From: an uncultured Eubacteriales bacterium
GTDB lineage: Bacteria > Bacillota > Clostridia > Christensenellales > DTU072
Reading direction: 5' to 3'
DNA: 64,000 nt
NCBI GenBank assembly: GCA_902766965.1
Contig: CACXFJ010000081.1
Location: 4,332 to 68,331 of the forward strand
Part shown: in pieces, positions 19,781-28,419 of the stretch
How positions within the stretch are numbered: the stretch's first letter is position 1
How the letters are laid out: each line of letters starts with the position of its first letter
The notes under the pieces: model-generated
What the model saw: the letters and a program-made list of their open reading frames with translations, nothing else
What the model was told of the DNA's origin: nothing
The model's database searches: none
Position numbers and translations under genes: made by a program

Positions 19781-20299
19781 TCAGACGAGAGTTTCTTCTT
19801 CGACCGTCGTATTGAGTTTATGCCGGTCTGCATAATTTAGTCTTAAATCTTTCACGAGGGTATAAATTTTTGCGGCGGTTTTTTCGGCGAGGGCGTCCAC
19901 GAACGCCTTTTCGGCAAGGAGAAGGGAGCGGAGATTGTCTTCGCTTTTTTCCGCAACCACGCAAAGGACGGTCATGTCGCCGAATTTCGTCAGGTCTTTT
20001 TTTAACGCGGCGCCTGCCCGCAGTCCGCTTAACGAGTACTTCACTCTGCCTACGTCGGTCTTTTTGCCCAAACAGGCGTCCACTGCGATGACTACGCTGT
20101 GCGGGTGATGAATTTTAATAAACTCTACGTAGCGTTCGTAGTTTATTCCGTTGACGGGGCGGGAAGACTTGCCGTAAACGTAGGCGTTCACCCCGAGAGA
20201 AATCAGATTGTCGCCCACTTTCGGACCGACGCTGTCGCCCGACACGTTCACCGTGCCGACGCAAAGGATTACGGGTTTTTGAAAAGTAATTTTTTCCAT
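19781..20299 (-). CDS. yyaC: YyaC-family spore protease (DUF1256)
   Basis: 172 aa with the pattern VILCVGTVNVSGDSVGPKVGD...VIAVDACLG typical of YyaC. Confidence 0.8.
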   Translation of the reverse strand: MEKITFQKPVILCVGTVNVSGDSVGPKVGDNLISLGVNAYVYGKSSRPVNGINYERYVEFIKIHHPHSVVIAVDACLGKKTDVGRVKYSLSGLRAGAALKKDLTKFGDMTVLCVVAEKSEDNLRSLLLAEKAFVDALAEKTAAKIYTLVKDLRLNYADRHKLNTTVEEETLV

Positions 20300-20524
20300 A
20301 AGACGGAGTTTTCCCGTAATCGGTCCGTTTATTCGGGAAACCGTCCGAAAACAGAAAACGAACCGGTTTTTCGCTTATAAAACTTTTATTTTTTCAAAAA
20401 TTTATCCTTATCTCGAAACCTCGGTTTTTGTACTTCACTATTGTAAAGAGATAACGTAACCGCCGCTCCGACGGCAAGTTCACTCGTCGTAACGAATAAG
20501 ACAGGGCGTTCTCGATATTAGTTC

Positions 20525-20553
20525 TTGACGAAGTTCGGTTTACAAAGTATAAT
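20525..20553 (+). promoter_or_regulatory. candidate promoter of the cvpA-like operon (TTGACG-17-TATAAT)
   Basis: Hexamers at 20525-20530 and 20548-20553. Confidence 0.6.
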
Positions 20554-20603
20554 AATCGTGTATATATATGTGATATGCGAGCGCATACACGCACGGAGGG
20601 TAT

Positions 20604-21485
20604 ATGACGGGTATAATTTTGGACGTCGCGGTGGTTGTAATAACGGTGCTGCTTCTTATTTTCGGCATCTGGAGAGGAATGTACAAACTTATTTTCGGTT
20701 TGGTATCGGCATTGCTTGCGATAGCGCTTACTTTGCTATGCGTTTCTCCCGTGTCTACTCTTATCGTAGACAAGACTACGCTTGACGAAAGACTGGCTTC
20801 CGCCATAGACAAACCTCTCTCTACCGCTTTGCCTAACGGCGACGTGGTAATTCAGCTCCTCGACCTTGACGGCGACGGCAACGCTACTGAACTCGGTTTC
20901 GTCGTGGAAGGGGAACAACATCCTTTTGCCGACCTTCTCAAAGGCACGCCCTATTCGATGCTCAGCGGCGTGGTCGAAAACGCGATTAAAGGAAGAATAA
21001 CGGAAGAATCGAGCGAAGTTACGTTCAGAGCGGCTCTGACGGCGTCGCTTACCGCTTATATAATAATGGTGATAATTTTTATTCTGCTAATGATTATCTT
21101 CTCGATACTCGTCGCGCTGATTATGAAACTTATTAAAAAATTCGTCACGCACACCTATCTCGGGCATTTCGTCGACAAACTGCTCGGAGCGGTGCTTGGA
21201 CTTGCGATAGCCGCCGTCATTATATTCGGCGCGCTCGCCATAATAAAGATGCTGGGTACTTACGAATGGATAATCCCCGTCAATAATCTTATCGAAAGCT
21301 CCACTCTTACGAAAATTTTGTATAACAACAACTTCCTTTATACCTTTATCGTGGACAAAGTGGACCTCAAAGGTCTCATCGATAAAATCATAGCAAGCGT
21401 CGGCGGCGGGACGAAAGGCGATGAAAATTCGACGAAGGAAATCATCGGAGCGGTGAAAGACGTCGTCGGAATAACTAATTTTTAA
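20604..21485 (+). CDS. CvpA-family membrane protein (extended)
   Basis: The N-terminal CvpA-like helices (DVAVVVITVLLLIFGIWRG...) are followed by an extracytoplasmic insert and further TM helices. A strong promoter lies upstream. Confidence 0.7.
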   Translation: MTGIILDVAVVVITVLLLIFGIWRGMYKLIFGLVSALLAIALTLLCVSPVSTLIVDKTTLDERLASAIDKPLSTALPNGDVVIQLLDLDGDGNATELGFVVEGEQHPFADLLKGTPYSMLSGVVENAIKGRITEESSEVTFRAALTASLTAYIIMVIIFILLMIIFSILVALIMKLIKKFVTHTYLGHFVDKLLGAVLGLAIAAVIIFGALAIIKMLGTYEWIIPVNNLIESSTLTKILYNNNFLYTFIVDKVDLKGLIDKIIASVGGGTKGDENSTKEIIGAVKDVVGITNF

Positions 21486-21496
21486 GAGGTGAACGT

Positions 21497-23260
21497 ATGA
21501 AATTTACCGGATTTTCTTCAGGTTGCGTAGGCAAAGCTCTGACCGTAATACTTTGCATATTGCTCGGTATGATTATAGCGATAGGAGGCGAGGCTCTCGC
21601 CGGATACATATTGCTTACCCGCGACGGAATGGTCGGGTACGTCGCCGATAAAGTAAACGGCGATTCCGAAAAGCCCACTCTCGTTTTCGACGACGAAACG
21701 AAATCCAAGAGTATTCTTGCGTGGGGACAGGAGATAATGACCGCCGTGGGCGACTTGTCCAATCAGGAAATAGGTTCTTTGGAAAAACTTATCGGTATGT
21801 CGATAATAAGCGACACCGTATCCGACGCAATGGGAGTCGACGCCGAAAAAATCAAAGCTTCAACCTTAAACAATATCGGCGAAACCATCAGCAATAACCT
21901 TACTTTGAATACCGCGCAGGATAAATTCAAAATTGCTTTGCCCAAAGACATACCGTTGTTCAGCGACGAAGAATTTTTGGCTAAACCCCTCAGCGAAGCC
22001 TTCGAAGGATTTACCGACCATAAATTATCCGATTTTATCAACGTCACCGACGATACCAACAGCGTGCTGAAAGAACTTTCCGGCGTGTCCATAAGCGAAT
22101 TGCAGGGCAAGGCGGGAGACGAAAAGATAAAGAGTATGTGCTTAGGGCAGATAATGACTATCGACGCCTCTTCGAGCAAAATTCTCAAAGCCCTCAAAGA
22201 CTGTTGCATCGAAAGTCAGTGGACGGACGAAACGAAGACCGCGTATAAGACCAAGGAAATCACCGAAATAATCGACGGCGAAAAAGTCACGAGGACGGTG
22301 GAACTTATGGGCATCAACGAGAGGATAGAAACCCTCCTCGTGTCCGAAGTCGTGGATATAAACGACGACAGTAACGTTATTTTGCGTAAAATGCGTGACG
22401 AAGGACTTAAAATAACCGAACTCGGAGGAAAGAAAGTCACCGATTTGGTAAACGATACGAAGATAGGCGAAATAATCACGATAAACACCGAAGGCGCAGA
22501 CAAGAGCGAACCTATAATGATAGCTTTGAAAGACGTCAAGATAAGCGGACTCAACAACAAGATGAAGACGCTCAAGATAAACGAAATTTTCGCCGAAGAA
22601 AAGTTGGCGACGGGGGCTCTCAGCCTTATCCCCGCCGATACCGTAATAAGCGATATACCGAGCGAAATGACCAAGATTATGCAGTCGGCTACTACCGCTA
22701 CTCTTAAAGGCAAAGGATTGATAAACGCCGATTTAAGCACTCTCGACAATCCGTCGAAGTTCAAGAAAGAACAAAAAGCGTTTATTCTTAACAGCAACGT
22801 GGGACAGATGATGGAAGGACTCATCGAATTCGTAGCCGATCCTATCGACACGACCGTCATACCGCCGAAGCCGAAGTACAGTCATATCGCGCCCGACCAA
22901 AGGACGATTAACGAAACTTCTTTCTCTTCTCTTACCGCTTTCGTCGCGGCGTACAGGCAATTCGAGACGGTGACCTTTGCTTCCGACGTGACGGTTACGA
23001 TAGACGCGGCAGCCGACGCAAGCTTGCTCAAAGAAATAGGCGGCGTAGAATATTACTGTATACCCGTATTTAACGGTATAGCCGATACCGCCGTAACGAT
23101 TACTTTCAACGGCGGCAACGTTCGTCTCGCCGTGTTGGAATCGGACAATACTACTTTATCCCGCAGTCAGTACGCTTACGCATACTTTACCAACGTGACC
23201 GAGATAGCCGGAGCGTACGCGACGGTAGGCGAAATCGCAGCCAACGACTTAGGCAGATAG
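21497..23260 (+). CDS. hypothetical membrane-anchored protein
   Basis: 587 aa with one N-terminal TM helix and a long Ser/Thr/Asp/Lys-rich extracytoplasmic region. No motif recognised. Confidence 0.6.
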   Translation: MKFTGFSSGCVGKALTVILCILLGMIIAIGGEALAGYILLTRDGMVGYVADKVNGDSEKPTLVFDDETKSKSILAWGQEIMTAVGDLSNQEIGSLEKLIGMSIISDTVSDAMGVDAEKIKASTLNNIGETISNNLTLNTAQDKFKIALPKDIPLFSDEEFLAKPLSEAFEGFTDHKLSDFINVTDDTNSVLKELSGVSISELQGKAGDEKIKSMCLGQIMTIDASSSKILKALKDCCIESQWTDETKTAYKTKEITEIIDGEKVTRTVELMGINERIETLLVSEVVDINDDSNVILRKMRDEGLKITELGGKKVTDLVNDTKIGEIITINTEGADKSEPIMIALKDVKISGLNNKMKTLKINEIFAEEKLATGALSLIPADTVISDIPSEMTKIMQSATTATLKGKGLINADLSTLDNPSKFKKEQKAFILNSNVGQMMEGLIEFVADPIDTTVIPPKPKYSHIAPDQRTINETSFSSLTAFVAAYRQFETVTFASDVTVTIDAAADASLLKEIGGVEYYCIPVFNGIADTAVTITFNGGNVRLAVLESDNTTLSRSQYAYAYFTNVTEIAGAYATVGEIAANDLGR

Positions 23261-23265
23261 AGGGA

Positions 23266-23670
23266 ATGAAAAACTTTTACGTTTCCGTAATATCGATAGA
23301 AGAAAAAGGCGCAGGAATTCTACACGAGAACGACTGCGCCGTTCTTTTGCTCGGACTGAAAAAGTGCCGTACTCTTGCCGAAACGGCGGAACTTTTTCCG
23401 ATAGGCTGTATTGCTACGAGCGAGACGACGTCTTTTCTCGAAAAAGACAAGCTATTATATATTGATAAGAGAAACAATCCCGATTTGACGCTTGCCGTGA
23501 GAGAAGCTCTCTGTCACGGAGCGACGGGAGTGGCGATACCTTTCGGAAATAACCCAAACCGCCCTTATATAAGAGAGGGCAGAGCTTACACAAAGAAGGA
23601 ACTTGCCGCCGCCGTGGGAGAAATGAGAAGACTTGCTCCGCTGTTCGGCAGAAAGTTTACCGAAGTTTGA
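23266..23670 (+). CDS. hypothetical protein
   Basis: 134-aa ORF lying 5 nt after the previous gene, with host-like codon usage. No motif recognised. Confidence 0.5.
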   Translation: MKNFYVSVISIEEKGAGILHENDCAVLLLGLKKCRTLAETAELFPIGCIATSETTSFLEKDKLLYIDKRNNPDLTLAVREALCHGATGVAIPFGNNPNRPYIREGRAYTKKELAAAVGEMRRLAPLFGRKFTEV

Positions 23671-23844
23671 TTTTTTACCCGTCGATTTTCGAAGCAGGAG
23701 ATATTTGCAGGGAAAGAACGTTAAAATCCGAACGATTTTCAAAGCGGCTTCTCGTAATCGGTTGATATATTATAAATTAGGGTATAGAATATATAGGCGA
23801 ATATAAGGGGGATAACTTTTCCCTGAAAAAAATCGGAGGATAAT

Positions 23845-24678
23845 ATGAGCGATAATTGCAGTCACGACTGTGGAAGTTGTTCGGAAAATTGCGCTTCTCG
23901 CGATATGAGAGAAAAACTCAACGCGAAAAGTTCTGTGAAAAAGGTAATAGGCGTAATCAGCGGAAAAGGCGGCGTGGGAAAATCTACGGTGACCTGTCTT
24001 CTTGCCGTGACCGCCGCGAAAAAAGGTTTGAAGACCGCCGTTCTCGACGCGGATATTACCGGTCCGTCGGTACCTACCGCTTTCGGTCTTACCGAAAAGG
24101 CGATGAGCGACGGCGAATTTATGTACCCCGTCGTTACGGCTAAGGGTATAGACGTAATGAGTATAAACTTACTGTTGGAAGACGTGACGAGTCCGGTCGT
24201 ATGGAGAGGTCCGGTTCTTGCCGGCGCGGTAAAACAGTTCTGGACCGACGTCGTGTGGAAGGACGAGGACGTGATGTTCGTGGACTGTCCGCCGGGAACG
24301 GGCGACGTGCCGCTTACCGTATTTCAATCGGTTCCTCTCGACGGTATAGTGATAGTCACTACTCCGCAGGACCTCGTCACTATGGTAGTGGAAAAGGCAG
24401 TCAATATGGCTAAGATGATGAATATCCCCGTGCTGGGACTCGTGGAAAACATGAGCTACGCCGTATGCCCGAAATGCGGAGAAAAACTCGATATATTCGG
24501 AGCAAGTCACGTTGAGGCGACCGCCGAGAAATTCGGTATCGGACTCAACGTAAGACTTCCGATAAAATCCGACGTGGCAAAACTCTTCGACGAGGGCAAG
24601 ATCGAGGACGCGGACGTCTCCGCCGTCGAAAAATTTTTTGACGGAGTTTTCGCGAGCGTGGAACAAGTGAAACGTTAG
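23845..24678 (+). CDS. mrp: Mrp/NBP35-family iron-sulfur cluster carrier ATPase
   Basis: Deviant Walker A SGKGGVGKST, a CPKC motif and a Cys-rich N-terminus. Confidence 0.9.
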   Translation: MSDNCSHDCGSCSENCASRDMREKLNAKSSVKKVIGVISGKGGVGKSTVTCLLAVTAAKKGLKTAVLDADITGPSVPTAFGLTEKAMSDGEFMYPVVTAKGIDVMSINLLLEDVTSPVVWRGPVLAGAVKQFWTDVVWKDEDVMFVDCPPGTGDVPLTVFQSVPLDGIVIVTTPQDLVTMVVEKAVNMAKMMNIPVLGLVENMSYAVCPKCGEKLDIFGASHVEATAEKFGIGLNVRLPIKSDVAKLFDEGKIEDADVSAVEKFFDGVFASVEQVKR

Positions 24679-24794
24679 CCTTTTTCCAAAGGCGGTTTGA
24701 GGACGCCCGAAACATACGTTTGGGTTACTGTAACGAGAGGTAATTTCCCCGTGATTTTCGCGGGGTTACTTTTTGTATCAAAAGCCACCAAAAC

Positions 24795-24808
24795 CACAAT
24801 ATATTGTG
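24795..24808. promoter_or_regulatory. NrdR box 1 (perfect 14-bp palindrome CACAATATATTGTG)
   Basis: Exact palindrome matching the NrdR-box consensus acaCwAtATaTwGtgt, about 90 nt upstream of nrdD. Confidence 0.85.
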
Positions 24809-24825
24809 TCTGCAAAAAACACTCA

Positions 24826-24839
24826 AACAATATATTGAC
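24826..24839. promoter_or_regulatory. NrdR box 2 (AACAATATATTGAC)
   Basis: The core CAATATATTG is identical to box 1. Its centre is exactly 31 bp from box 1, the usual tandem spacing, and it overlaps the -35 hexamer. Confidence 0.8.
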
Positions 24840-24863
24840 AAGCAGGATACGCCGTGATATAAT
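24835..24863 (+). promoter_or_regulatory. sigma-A-type promoter of nrdD (TTGACA-17-TATAAT)
   Basis: Perfect consensus hexamers at 24835-24840 and 24858-24863. Confidence 0.8.
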
Positions 24864-24898
24864 CAAACAGCACAACAAAAACGGAGGAGAACTTAGGT

Positions 24899-27265
24899 AT
24901 GTTCAGAGTTAAGAAAAGAGACGGTAAAATAGCGTCGTTCGACATCAACAAGATTAAAGAAGCGATAAAAAAAGCGTTCATAGCGAAAGAAATCGATTAC
25001 AACGAAGATATAATAGATATGCTTGCCTTAAAGGTGAGCGCGGATTTTGCGCGTAAAATCAAGGACGGAATAGTCACCGTCGAAGATATACAGGACAGCG
25101 TGGAAGTGGTCCTTATTCAGGCGGGCTACGTGGAAGTGGCGAAGAGCTACATTCTTTACAGAAAACAAAGAGAAAAAATCAGAGATATAAAGTCCACCAT
25201 CTTGGACTACAAGGACGTAGTGAACAATTACGTCAAGATTAACGACTGGCGAGTAAAAGAAAACTCCACCGTCACTTACTCCGTGGGCGGACTTATTTTA
25301 AGTAACTCGGGCGCCGTCACCGCCAACTACTGGTTGTCGGAAATTTACGACGAAGAAATCGCAAACGCGCACCGCAACGCCGACATTCACATTCACGACC
25401 TTTCCATGCTCACCGGTTATTGCGCCGGCTGGTCGTTGAAACAGCTTATAAAAGAAGGTTTGGGCGGTATCCCCGGCAAGATTACTTCTTCTCCCGCTAC
25501 TCATCTGTCTACGTTGTGTAACCAAATGGTCAACTTCCTCGGAATTATGCAAAACGAGTGGGCGGGCGCGCAGGCGTTCTCTTCTTTCGACACCTATCTC
25601 GCTCCTTTCGTAAAAGCCGATAACCTTACTTACAGAGAAGTAAAACAGTGCATACAGAGCTTTATTTACGGCGTGAACACTCCCTCCCGTTGGGGCACGC
25701 AGGCTCCGTTCACGAACGTGACTTTGGACTGGGTGGTTCCTAACGACCTTGCCGAACTCAACGCTATCGTCGGCGGAAAGGAAATGGACTTCAAATATAA
25801 AGACTGCGTGGAAGAAATGCGTATGGTAAACAAGGCTTTCATCGAAATAATGATAGAAGGCGACGCCAACGGCAGAGGTTTCCAATATCCTATCCCCACG
25901 TATTCCATTACGAGAGACTTCGACTGGTCGGAGACCGAAAACAACCGTCTTTTGTTCGAAATGACCGCCCGTTACGGCACGCCTTATTTCAGCAACTATA
26001 TTAACAGCGATATGGAGCCGAGCGACGTCCGTTCCATGTGCTGCCGTCTGCGTCTCGATTTGAGAGAATTGAGGAAGAAGAGCGGCGGATTCTTCGGTAG
26101 CGGCGAATCTACCGGTTCGGTAGGCGTAGTCACCATAAACATGCCGAGAATAGCATATTTAAGTAAGGATAAAAACGAATTCTACGAAAGACTTACCCGT
26201 CTTATGGACATATCGGCAAGAAGCCTTAAAGTAAAGAGAGATACCATCTCCAAACTCCTCGAAAACGGACTTTATCCGTACACGAAGCGTTATCTCGGCA
26301 CTTTCAGTAACCACTTCTCCACGATAGGTCTCGTCGGTATGAACGAAGCCTGCCTTAACGCCAACTGGATAAGAGAAGACCTCACCCACAAAGCCGCGCA
26401 GGAATTCACCAAGGACGTCCTTAACTTCATGCGTAACAAGCTTAGCGACTATCAGGAAATGTACGGCGACCTCTACAACTTGGAAGCTACTCCTGCCGAA
26501 TCGACCACTTACAGACTGGCAAAACACGACAAGAAGCGTTATCCCGATATAATCACCGCTTCCGAAAACGGACGTACTCCGTATTACACCAACAGCTCGC
26601 ACTTGCCCGTAGGATATACCGAAGACATATTCACCGCTTTGGATATTCAGGACGAATTGCAGACCCTGTACACTTCGGGTACGGTATTCCACGCCTTCCT
26701 CGGACAAAAACTCCCCGACTGGAAAGCCGCGGCTAATCTCGTAAGAAAAATCGCCGAAAATTACAAACTCCCGTACTACACGCTCTCGCCGACTTATTCG
26801 GTATGCACCGACCACGGCTATATCGCGGGCGAATATTACGAATGTCCCAAATGCGGCAAGAAGACGGAAGTTTATTCGAGAATTACCGGTTATTACAGAC
26901 CCGTACAGAACTGGAACGACGGCAAACGCGAAGAATTCGCTCATCGTAAAGTTTATAATATAGAACACAGCGTATTGCGTAACAGCCACGCTTCTTCCGC
27001 TTGCGGCTGCAAAGAAGAAAGCGAAAAGGCAGGAAAGGAATTGCTTCTCTTTACGACGAAGACCTGCCCCAACTGCAAAATGGCTAAAATGATGCTCGAC
27101 AGAGCGGGCGTAAAGTACACCGCTATAGACGCGGAAGAACAAAAAGACCTTACTTATAAGTACGGCGTGCAGAAAGCTCCCACCTTGCTCGTTCCGAACG
27201 GCGATAAGTTCGACCGTTACGACAACGCAAGCGAAATAAAGAGATACGTCGAGGGCTTGAAATAA
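24899..27265 (+). CDS. nrdD: anaerobic (class III) ribonucleoside-triphosphate reductase fused to a C-terminal glutaredoxin/NrdH-like domain
   Basis: N-terminal ATP-cone, a Zn-ribbon (CTDH...CPKCG) and a glycyl-radical motif RITGYY (Gly664 at 26888-26890). An extra ~75-aa thioredoxin-fold tail starts near 27035, with CPNC at 27065-27076. Confidence 0.95.
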   Translation: MFRVKKRDGKIASFDINKIKEAIKKAFIAKEIDYNEDIIDMLALKVSADFARKIKDGIVTVEDIQDSVEVVLIQAGYVEVAKSYILYRKQREKIRDIKSTILDYKDVVNNYVKINDWRVKENSTVTYSVGGLILSNSGAVTANYWLSEIYDEEIANAHRNADIHIHDLSMLTGYCAGWSLKQLIKEGLGGIPGKITSSPATHLSTLCNQMVNFLGIMQNEWAGAQAFSSFDTYLAPFVKADNLTYREVKQCIQSFIYGVNTPSRWGTQAPFTNVTLDWVVPNDLAELNAIVGGKEMDFKYKDCVEEMRMVNKAFIEIMIEGDANGRGFQYPIPTYSITRDFDWSETENNRLLFEMTARYGTPYFSNYINSDMEPSDVRSMCCRLRLDLRELRKKSGGFFGSGESTGSVGVVTINMPRIAYLSKDKNEFYERLTRLMDISARSLKVKRDTISKLLENGLYPYTKRYLGTFSNHFSTIGLVGMNEACLNANWIREDLTHKAAQEFTKDVLNFMRNKLSDYQEMYGDLYNLEATPAESTTYRLAKHDKKRYPDIITASENGRTPYYTNSSHLPVGYTEDIFTALDIQDELQTLYTSGTVFHAFLGQKLPDWKAAANLVRKIAENYKLPYYTLSPTYSVCTDHGYIAGEYYECPKCGKKTEVYSRITGYYRPVQNWNDGKREEFAHRKVYNIEHSVLRNSHASSACGCKEESEKAGKELLLFTTKTCPNCKMAKMMLDRAGVKYTAIDAEEQKDLTYKYGVQKAPTLLVPNGDKFDRYDNASEIKRYVEGLK

Positions 27266-28167
27266 TGAAAGACGTAATAGTAATCGGAGCAGGCGCAGCG
27301 GGTATGACCGCTGCGTTGTACGCGTTAAGGAACGGTAAAAGCGTTCTCGTATTGGAAGAAGAAACTTTGGGCGGACAGATAGCAAGCTCGCCGAGAGTGG
27401 AGAATTTTCCGTCGATTATGGAGATAAGCGGACTTGATTTTTCGAATAATTTATTTGAACAAATCACCGCGCACGGAGCCGATTTCGAGCTTGAAAAGGT
27501 AGAAAAGGTGGAAAAAAAGGACGATTATTTCGTCGTTACCACCGACTACAATACCCACGAAGCGAAAGCGGTCGTTCTTGCGACGGGAGTAAAGCATAAA
27601 CACCTTAATCTTCCGAACGAGGAAAGACTTACGGGGCACGGCATAAGCTACTGTGCTATATGCGACGGAGCTTTTTACGGCGGCAAGGAAGTGGCTCTCG
27701 TCGGCGACGGCAACACCGCCTTGCAATACGCTCTGCTTTTGAGCAATTATTGTTCCAAAGTCTACGTTTATACCCTTTTCGATAAGTTTTTCGGCGACGC
27801 AAGTCTCGTTAAGGTACTCCGCTCCCGCGAGAATATAGAAGTAAGACCGAATACCGCAATATGCGGATATTTAGGGGAAGACAAACTCGAAGGAATAGTC
27901 TATAAAGAAAACGGCGAAACGAAAACCCACGACGTGGAAGCGCTGTTCGTCGCGATAGGACAGGTTCCCGACAACAAACGTTTCGAAAACGTAGTCGACC
28001 TTGACAAAAACGGATACTTCGACTGCGACGAAACTTGCAAAACAAAAACGCAGGGCGTGTACGTTGCGGGTGACTGCCGCAAAAAGGGCGTAAGACAACT
28101 TACCACCGCGGTAGCCGACGGCGCGAACGCAGCCATGGCGGCTTGCTCCTATATAGACTCGCTGTAA
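27265..28167 (+). CDS. thioredoxin-reductase-like FAD flavoprotein (non-canonical pyridine-nucleotide site)
   Basis: 300 aa with GAGAAG FAD motif, redox CAICDG and GDGNTA second dinucleotide motif. The HRRxxxR NADPH motif is replaced by YTLFDKFFGD. Its start overlaps the nrdD stop by 1 nt (TAATG). Confidence 0.85.
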   Translation: MKDVIVIGAGAAGMTAALYALRNGKSVLVLEEETLGGQIASSPRVENFPSIMEISGLDFSNNLFEQITAHGADFELEKVEKVEKKDDYFVVTTDYNTHEAKAVVLATGVKHKHLNLPNEERLTGHGISYCAICDGAFYGGKEVALVGDGNTALQYALLLSNYCSKVYVYTLFDKFFGDASLVKVLRSRENIEVRPNTAICGYLGEDKLEGIVYKENGETKTHDVEALFVAIGQVPDNKRFENVVDLDKNGYFDCDETCKTKTQGVYVAGDCRKKGVRQLTTAVADGANAAMAACSYIDSL

Positions 28168-28190
28168 TAATTAAAATATCAATTTGAACG

Positions 28191-28216
28191 ACGCTCTCGG
28201 AAACGGGAGCGTTTTT
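28191..28216 (+). terminator. intrinsic terminator after the nrdD-trxR-like pair
   Basis: Stem ACGCTCTC/GGGAGCGT followed by a T-run. Confidence 0.8.
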
Positions 28217-28419
28217 CCGTTAAAAAGAGCGAAAAGAGCGAATAAATTACGTTAAATTCTGCATATTTGGAAAATATAAAAAAAATATGCAAAAGGGTAT
28301 TCCCTTTTTCCGCCGTGTCGTGTATAATGAAATCAAAGAAGACAATTAACAATTTTTGACGCAAACGTACAGAAGACTAAAATTTTGAATGAAAAAATAC
28401 TATTGCAAGGGGGTATTCT

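Noticed and set aside
26159-27467. 408-aa and 105-aa minus-strand ORFs spanning the nrdD/trxR-like junction
   Set aside because: They are antisense shadows of two well-supported genes.
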